Shown in pieces: positions 58,189-64,000 of a stretch of DNA of 64,000 nt. Made by a program: the position numbers and the translations under genes. Below the pieces are notes generated by a model. It was given only the letters and a program-made list of their open reading frames with translations. It searched no databases and was not told the DNA's origin. Each line of letters starts with the position of its first letter. Positions within the stretch are counted from its first letter, which is position 1. Where the stretch lies: the NCBI GenBank assembly GCA_032249095.1, contig JAVVGN010000001.1, forward strand, positions 14,873 through 78,872. The letters run 5' to 3'. This stretch comes from Candidatus Caldarchaeales archaeon. Its GTDB lineage: Archaea > Thermoproteota > Nitrososphaeria_A > Caldarchaeales > Calditenuaceae.

Positions 58189-59136
58189 GTGAGGGTCCAT
58201 GGGGCTAGGACTATTGTGTCGCCAGATATCGGACTGCGCGGCCCATACCGAAGCGTCGAGTATGCTATAGGCAACACTCCCCTCGTCGACCTGACAGGCC
58301 CCCTCGGCGTCAAGACGGGCTCTAAGGTCTTGGCCAAGCTCGAGTTCCTGAACCCTGGAGGCTCTGTGAAGGACAGGCCAGCGCTCTACATCATTAGGGA
58401 CGCGCTGCGCAGCGGGGTCCTGAGGCCGGGTATGGTGATTCTCGACGCCTCGTCGGGAAACATGGCCGTCAGCCTAGCGATGGTGGCGGGCTCCTACGGC
58501 TATGGGACCAGGCTTGTCGTACCCGGCAACGTGAGCAGCGAGAAGATCGGGCTCCTTAGGCTTCTTGGGGCTGAGCTTGTTTTTACCGACCCGCTCGAGG
58601 GCATAGATGGAGCGATAAGGGTTGCGAGAAGCATCGCGGAGTCTGACCGTCGAGTCTACTTCTACGCAAACCAGTACGACAACCCCTCAAACCTGAGGGC
58701 CCACTACGAGACCACGGGCGCAGAGATTATCAGACAGACGGATGGCCGCGTGACCCACCTCGTGGCGGGGGTGGGGACCTCGGGAACACTAATGGGGGCT
58801 GGGCGGAGGCTTAGGGAGTATAAGAGCTCCGTGAAGATCGTTGAGGTGCAGCCTGACTCTCCCCTCCATGGGATAGAGGGGCTCAAGCACATGCCGAGCA
58901 GCATTAAGCCCAAGATCTACGACCCCGCATTCGCAGACAGGCTCGTAGAGGTCTCGACGGAGGAGGCGATCCGCTACTCCCGAATACTCGCGGCAAGGGC
59001 AGGTGTGCTTGGCGGCATCTCCGCGGGTGCCAACGTGGCGGCGGCAGTGAGTGTTGCGGAGGAGAATCCGGGGTCAGTCGTCGTCACGATCATTCCTGAC
59101 GGCGCGGCGAGGTATCTTGACATCCTGTTGAGGTAG
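58189..59136 (+). CDS. PLP-dependent cysteine synthase/CBS-family enzyme
   Basis: ...GGSVKDRPALYII... (PLP-Lys), ...GTSGT... glycine loop. Confidence 0.8.
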   Translation: MRVHGARTIVSPDIGLRGPYRSVEYAIGNTPLVDLTGPLGVKTGSKVLAKLEFLNPGGSVKDRPALYIIRDALRSGVLRPGMVILDASSGNMAVSLAMVAGSYGYGTRLVVPGNVSSEKIGLLRLLGAELVFTDPLEGIDGAIRVARSIAESDRRVYFYANQYDNPSNLRAHYETTGAEIIRQTDGRVTHLVAGVGTSGTLMGAGRRLREYKSSVKIVEVQPDSPLHGIEGLKHMPSSIKPKIYDPAFADRLVEVSTEEAIRYSRILAARAGVLGGISAGANVAAAVSVAEENPGSVVVTIIPDGAARYLDILLR

Positions 59137-59170
59137 GGGGAGGCTTTATCAGCTCCCCCGCGCTAGTAGG

Positions 59171-59887
59171 ATGGCGGGGATGAGACTGAGCGAGTCTACA
59201 ATAGTCTATGAGGAGGGCATGGAGGACTACAGGCTTGAGGACGCCTCCTTCATCGAGGGGCTGCCGGGGATAGGCCTTGTCTCGAAGATCGCGCTGGCCT
59301 ACATCCTAGGGAAGACAGAGCACAGGAGAATCTGCAGGATATACTCACCACACTTCCCATCCTTCGGCTATACGTCCGAGGGGCGGCTCCTCCCACACTT
59401 CGTAGACATCTATGCCATCGAGAAGCCGGCCCCAGTCATAGCGATGTACGGCACCTCCCAGCCCTCGACAAGCTACGGACAATACGAGCTCTGCTGGAAG
59501 ATCGTCGAGAGAGCCGCGGCTCACGGTGCCCGCAGGGTCTTCACGCTGGGGGGACTGGGGGGGAAGGAGGAAATATCGCAGAGGCGACGGATCTACTGCT
59601 CCTCTACCAGCCCCGAGTACCTGAAGAAGTATATCGGGCTGGTCGAGGGGGAGACTTATGGCGGCCAGATCGTGGGGGCGGCGGGAATACTGATGGTCGC
59701 CGCAGGCCTAATGAATCTGGAGAACATGGGTATGCTCATCGAGATCGGCGAGTCGGTCCCGGATTACTATGCGTCGAAGAGGGGCGTCGAGGCTCTCTCA
59801 AGGCTCTGTGGCCTCGGACTCGAAGATGTGGGGGTGAGCGAGCTGATAACCGTCTCGACGAGGACGATCGCTAGGCTGGAGTCCTAG
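59171..59887 (+). CDS. PAC2-family (proteasome assembly chaperone-like) protein
   Basis: ...EGLPGIGLVSKIA... resembles the archaeal PAC2/COG1938 N-terminal motif. Confidence 0.4.
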   Translation: MAGMRLSESTIVYEEGMEDYRLEDASFIEGLPGIGLVSKIALAYILGKTEHRRICRIYSPHFPSFGYTSEGRLLPHFVDIYAIEKPAPVIAMYGTSQPSTSYGQYELCWKIVERAAAHGARRVFTLGGLGGKEEISQRRRIYCSSTSPEYLKKYIGLVEGETYGGQIVGAAGILMVAAGLMNLENMGMLIEIGESVPDYYASKRGVEALSRLCGLGLEDVGVSELITVSTRTIARLES

Positions 59888-60312
59888 CCCGGAGACGTCT
59901 CCCTCCGCCACTCCTCCCATATTCTCTGTATCCGCTCAGCCGCTGGCCCCGTACCTTCCACCACACCATCCTTCGTAACCCTGATCCTGTCCATCACAAC
60001 TATTACGCCAGCCTCCCTGATGTATCTTGCCATGTTTGGGAAGACGCTGTTTATCCTGTCGTAAAGGGCGGAGAGGTCGGGGCCGGGCTCCACGATCTCA
60101 ATCGCCGAGAGACTGCTGCCCGGGATGAAGAGCTTAGGTATGCTCTTGCCATCGTCGGTCGTGACCTCCGCCAGCCATAGGCTATAGTCGCTGGCGTTGT
60201 AGGCCGTGAGCCTACCCGTAACCCTCTTCCCATTATTCATGTGGACCGTGACAAGCTTATCGAGTAGCGACGCAAACTCTTCGCCAAACCTGCGGGCGGC
60301 GAGGGCAGACAT
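59884..60312 (-). CDS. hypothetical protein, possibly Sm-like fold
   Basis: ...LVTVHMNNGKRVTGRLTAYNASDYSLWLAEV... Sm1/Sm2-like pattern; weak. Confidence 0.3.
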   Translation of the reverse strand: MSALAARRFGEEFASLLDKLVTVHMNNGKRVTGRLTAYNASDYSLWLAEVTTDDGKSIPKLFIPGSSLSAIEIVEPGPDLSALYDRINSVFPNMARYIREAGVIVVMDRIRVTKDGVVEGTGPAAERIQRIWEEWRRETSPG

Positions 60313-60380
60313 AAAAATTCCTCCAAATACTCCGCCGCGGCTACATTTAAATTATATCCGATCCCCGTCTCCCACCACTC

Positions 60381-61070
60381 CTAAACTCCAAGGACACTCT
60401 CAAGCATGCAGAGGATCCTCGAGGCCGCCACCCAGGCCTCGAGTCTGTATTTGGAGAGGCTTATCTCGACTGAGGCTAGGCTCTTGACCTCGTCGGAGAA
60501 GTCTCCGTGGGGGAAGCAGCCCACGATGAAGATGGCCGTGCCCTCGGCCAACAGGTTCGTGACCATCTGGATGCTGGCGGGTGGACCGGTCTCGGAGAGG
60601 AGAGCGGCTACAGCCGGGACTCCGAGGCTCTCCCTCACCCAGTCGGCAAGGCCCATCATTCTGGCCCTCAGGAGGACTTCGCCCCCGCCTGTCTTGATTA
60701 GGCCCTCCAGCAGCAGCTTCTCCATCAGGCCCTTAAACCTGTCATAGTTTCGGGGAAGTCTCGTGACCGGGTTGACCTCTATGATGTGGCCCGAGACTGT
60801 GTGGCAGGCTATCCTGAGCTTCCCCGCCTTGTTTAGGGGTGACCCGAGCGCCTCTAGGAGCGTGAAGTGGAGAATGTCGGGCCTCCCCCTCTTCTCCGAG
60901 TCGCGAAGCCCGCGCATGGCCTGATGGTGGTAGCTAGAGTCGAGGAGGATCTCGCCAGGCCTCTTACCCCTCCTCCTCGCATAGCTCGCGACGGCGGGAT
61001 GACCCCAGATCTCCCTTGGCACAAGCTCTAAGGCGGCGTCAGCCAGGAGCAGGACCACGGGGCCCGGCAA
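60381..61070 (-). CDS. nep1: ribosomal RNA small-subunit pseudouridine methyltransferase Nep1/EMG1
   Basis: ...RPDILHFTLLEALGSPLNKAGKLRIACHT...VNPVTRLPRNYDRFKGLMEKLL... matches conserved Nep1 blocks. Confidence 0.75.
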   Translation of the reverse strand: MPGPVVLLLADAALELVPREIWGHPAVASYARRRGKRPGEILLDSSYHHQAMRGLRDSEKRGRPDILHFTLLEALGSPLNKAGKLRIACHTVSGHIIEVNPVTRLPRNYDRFKGLMEKLLLEGLIKTGGGEVLLRARMMGLADWVRESLGVPAVAALLSETGPPASIQMVTNLLAEGTAIFIVGCFPHGDFSDEVKSLASVEISLSKYRLEAWVAASRILCMLESVLGV

Positions 61071-61079
61071 GGGTCTCCG

Positions 61080-62063
61080 CTACCGCCCAGGCTCCACCAG
61101 CGCCCCCTCGATGCGGTCCCGCGCCGCATAAGCCGCGCCGTAGAGCGGCGCTAAATCACCTCTAGCGGGCTCGATGATCGGCGGCCTCTCCAGCAGGAGA
61201 TACCTATCGATTGCTGGGAAGACCTCGCGCTCGAAGAAGTCGCGGTTGTTAAGGAATATCGCGCCCCCCAATACGAGGGTTTCGGGCTCGAAGACGTTTA
61301 TCACTCCGGCCAGGCCGGCCGCCAAGTAGTCCCTCAGACGCTCGAAGAGTCCTAGGGCACCTCTGTCGCCCGCGTAGTAGAGGGCGAAGGCACGTTTGGC
61401 GTCGAGCGTCCCCTTCCTGATCGACTCAGATAGGAGCGTCCCGTCCGGTATCTGGCCGTCCCGGAGGAGCTTCTCCGCGAGCCTCGGTATGTTGGCTCCA
61501 GAGGCATAGCCCTCCCAGTGGCCGTAGCCCCCGCACCCGCACTGCATATAGCCTGAGGGGTCTATAATTATGTGCCCAATCTCGACGCCGTTCCCCCTTC
61601 TCCCCAGTACGAGGTGCCCATTGTCGACCGCGCCTCCACCTATCCCGCTGCTTATGGTTATGTAGACCAGGTTTCTCACACCATTCTCCCTCGCGACCAT
61701 CCATTCCCCGTACGCTGCCGCGTTGCAATCGTTAAGGTGATAAAACTCGACCTCAAGCTCCTCCATCAACCTGGACAGGAGCGGGATCTCTACACCCTTT
61801 TCAGCTATGTTGGGCGCCTTAAGTATCACACCCCTGCCTGAGTCTAGCGGGCCTATAGACGCCACCCCGCACCGCTCGATCATCCCCCACATGTCCCCTG
61901 ACACCTCCCTCGCAAGCTTCAGCAGAGCCATCGGGACAGTCGCGGAGACGTTTGTCTGGGGTGTGGCGGCGGTCGAGAGCTTAACGAGCTCTAGCCTCTC
62001 GTTGAAGAGGCCTGCACGCATGTTGGTGGCTCCCACGTCTGCGGCGAGGATTAGGCCTCCCAC
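61080..62063 (-). CDS. ROK-family sugar kinase (glucokinase-like)
   Basis: N-terminal ...LAADVGATNMRAGL...; Cys/His zinc motif ...HIIIDPSGYMCGCGGYGHWE... Confidence 0.75.
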   Translation of the reverse strand: MGGLILAADVGATNMRAGLFNERLELVKLSTAATPQTNVSATVPMALLKLAREVSGDMWGMIERCGVASIGPLDSGRGVILKAPNIAEKGVEIPLLSRLMEELEVEFYHLNDCNAAAYGEWMVARENGVRNLVYITISSGIGGGAVDNGHLVLGRRGNGVEIGHIIIDPSGYMQCGCGGYGHWEGYASGANIPRLAEKLLRDGQIPDGTLLSESIRKGTLDAKRAFALYYAGDRGALGLFERLRDYLAAGLAGVINVFEPETLVLGGAIFLNNRDFFEREVFPAIDRYLLLERPPIIEPARGDLAPLYGAAYAARDRIEGALVEPGR

Positions 62064-62113
62064 GCGGAATAGAGGGGCTGTGGCGCGTGATTAAAGTTTA
62101 ACCCATTAGGTGG

Positions 62114-62473
62114 TTACCCGCACTCGAGCTCGACGGCGAGGGCGTATTTCCTGCCACCCACGAGAACAACAAGGCTGTCTGAGAAAAGGTCTAGGCCATG
62201 TCTCGAGAGCCTCTCAGCAAGCATCCTAACAGATTCCTTAGGAAGCTCAACAACGGCCGGCTCGGGGACGGCTGACGGAACATCGCGCCCAAACCTCTTA
62301 ATCGCGCCTGCATGCCTGCTCCAAGACTCGTAGGCCCGCCGAAGCGCCTCCGAGAGGCCAAGCTCCTCAAGCATCTCTAGGTCGAGCTCCAGGGCGGCCT
62401 CAAGGTCCTGCGCGGCCGCGACCTTCAGCCTCACCCTATCAGGCAGTGCCCGGAGATAATCATCGGCCCGCAT
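62114..62473 (-). CDS. hypothetical protein
   Basis: 119-aa acidic helical ORF. Confidence 0.3.
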   Translation of the reverse strand: MRADDYLRALPDRVRLKVAAAQDLEAALELDLEMLEELGLSEALRRAYESWSRHAGAIKRFGRDVPSAVPEPAVVELPKESVRMLAERLSRHGLDLFSDSLVVLVGGRKYALAVELECG

Positions 62474-62583
62474 CCACAGATCACGCCCCGGGCACCTCCT
62501 TTAGAACCCTACCGCGGAGCGGAGCCGTGTAGCTGGGATATAGTTAATTCGCCCGACTTCAAAGACTGCTTGGGACGCCGGGG

Positions 62584-63189
62584 TTGGGTGAGCAACTGCC
62601 GCCGGGCCAGCGATACATCAAGAGGTTCATCATCTACTCTGCGCTCGGTATACCGGAGGTCGACCTAGCGAGCTATAGGCTGAGGATAACCGGGCTAGTG
62701 GGGAGGGAGCTCGAGTATAGGTATGAGGACCTGCTGTACCGGCTTCCCAGGATAAGCTATGTCGCAGACTTCCACTGCGTGACTGGCTGGTCGGTGAGGG
62801 CGGTCTCCTGGGAGGGCGTGCCGATTCGATGGCTCGCGGAGCAGGCCGCCGTGAGTCCCGAGGCGAAATGGGTGCTCTTCCACTGTATTGACGGCTACTC
62901 AGCCCCCGTACCAGTCGAGGACGCGCTGTCGGAGAAGGCCATAATCGCGGTTAAGATGAATGGTGCTGCCCTATCCCAGGAGAACGGGTTCCCCTGCAGG
63001 CCCTTCATACCCCACCTATATGGCTGGAAGTCGGCGAAGCACCTACGAGAAATAGAGTTCTCGGCCGAATATGTCGACGGGTTCTGGGAGATGCAGGGCT
63101 ATCATGAAAGGGGAGACGCGTGGGCTGAGGAGAGGTTCAAGGACGGTTTCGGGAGACACGTCAAGAGGTCTCCACTCCTGAGGCGCTGA
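62584..63189 (+). CDS. sulfite-oxidase-family molybdopterin oxidoreductase domain protein (YedY/MsrP-like)
   Basis: ...DFHCVTGWS... Moco-binding Cys motif; about 200 aa. Confidence 0.7.
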   Translation: MGEQLPPGQRYIKRFIIYSALGIPEVDLASYRLRITGLVGRELEYRYEDLLYRLPRISYVADFHCVTGWSVRAVSWEGVPIRWLAEQAAVSPEAKWVLFHCIDGYSAPVPVEDALSEKAIIAVKMNGAALSQENGFPCRPFIPHLYGWKSAKHLREIEFSAEYVDGFWEMQGYHERGDAWAEERFKDGFGRHVKRSPLLRR

Positions 63190-63494
63190 GCTATACTATT
63201 ACTGGCATTTCTTTAGCCTGACTTTTATCGCAACTCTTTGAACCTAAGTTACTAGTGTTTTTTCACTACCAGAACAGAGCTCTTGCAATTGCGTACGACT
63301 TTCTCAGACACGCTGCCCAATAGTGCGGCTCTAAGCGCACCCCGGCCCCGTGTTCCTATCACGACCAAGTCAGCTTCTATAGCCTCGGCATACTGACAGA
63401 TTTTATCTGCAGGGTCACCGTAAAGAGATCTTAGAGGAGTGTCATGAATTTCTCCAAGAGATTGAATCTAACATCACTGGCCAAAAAATGACAG

Positions 63495-63764
63495 ATGAAG
63501 AAGTGGAAGAGATGGAGGATGGTTGAGGAGTTGCCGGGCATAGGATTTCTGGCAGGTGCGTTGGCGGCGCTGCTTGGAGGAGTCTTCATCATAGCAGGCC
63601 TGGTGGCATTCCTGCTGGCCTATGGTTTCTGGACCGGGAGAGGGTGGGCCTGGATCCTCGGAATAATCTTCTCGATAGTTGGGATAGTGCTGGGAGCCGT
63701 GAGCCTGCTCGGTAACTCCGCCAGCATAGATTGGATTAATAGCGGCCTCAATAATACAGTTTGA
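63495..63764 (+). CDS. small membrane protein
   Basis: 89 aa, two TM helices. Confidence 0.35.
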   Translation: MKKWKRWRMVEELPGIGFLAGALAALLGGVFIIAGLVAFLLAYGFWTGRGWAWILGIIFSIVGIVLGAVSLLGNSASIDWINSGLNNTV

Positions 63765-64000
63765 TGGGGACTAGGGTGGGTTTAGTCTGGTCTTGGGTAT
63801 CCGTATAGTGTTGTTTGTCCTTTTCCCCTGAATATTGCTTCGTTTCCCCATAAATTCGACCGTATTGGGATGTTTTACGTGTTTTAGTTTAGGTCTCTCC
63901 TTCCTTATTCCTATCTCTTTCTCTCTTGTGTGTCCGGCTCTTAGTGAGTGCGGGGTTGGAGGATGGTCTGATTATTGGGGCCACTACTCTTTATATGTGG

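Overview
GC-rich archaeal chromosome segment; the gene content and CRISPR repeat style suggest a crenarchaeal (Thermoprotei-like) thermophile. Core housekeeping and metabolic genes occupy 1-9.9 kb (gnd, two M50 site-2 proteases, GT2, glmS) and 45.5-64 kb (ATP DNA ligase, cofE-like, aguB/aguA polyamine pair, KDG aldolase/kinase plus ROK glucokinase, CCA-adding enzyme, Nep1, cysteine synthase). Between them lie two AT-rich accessory patches and one large accessory region. The large region begins at an initiator tRNA-Met (23056-23130) and runs to about 45.5 kb. It contains decayed coding remnants, an AT-rich island with a split PD-(D/E)xK-like ORF, and a solitary IS200/IS605-family tnpB. Directly upstream of tnpB, in the same orientation, is an HTH-LAGLIDADG endonuclease-like gene in the position where tnpA would be expected. 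Next comes a truncated K+-channel pore gene abutting a 33-repeat CRISPR array (29377-31538, inferred transcription on the minus strand from a leader at about 31.54-31.70 kb). A complete type I-A cas locus follows: csa1 and csa3 on the minus strand, then csa5-cas7-cas5-cas3'-cas3''-cas8a2-cas6-cas1-cas2-cas4 on the plus strand. Downstream of cas4 are an orphan degenerate CRISPR repeat in opposite orientation, a stop-interrupted DUF91/NucS-like nuclease pseudogene, a tRNA 3'-half-like element, and an overlapping HEPN/MNT toxin-antitoxin pair. A second AT-rich patch (9.9-12.6 kb) carries a GPH-family transporter interrupted by an in-frame amber codon and a GC-rich structured non-coding element. 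A glycosylation/lipid-modification-like cluster spans 13.8-20.5 kb (membrane GT2, B12-binding radical SAM enzyme, multi-TM proteins). All calls rest on motif recognition by eye; no database searches were possible.
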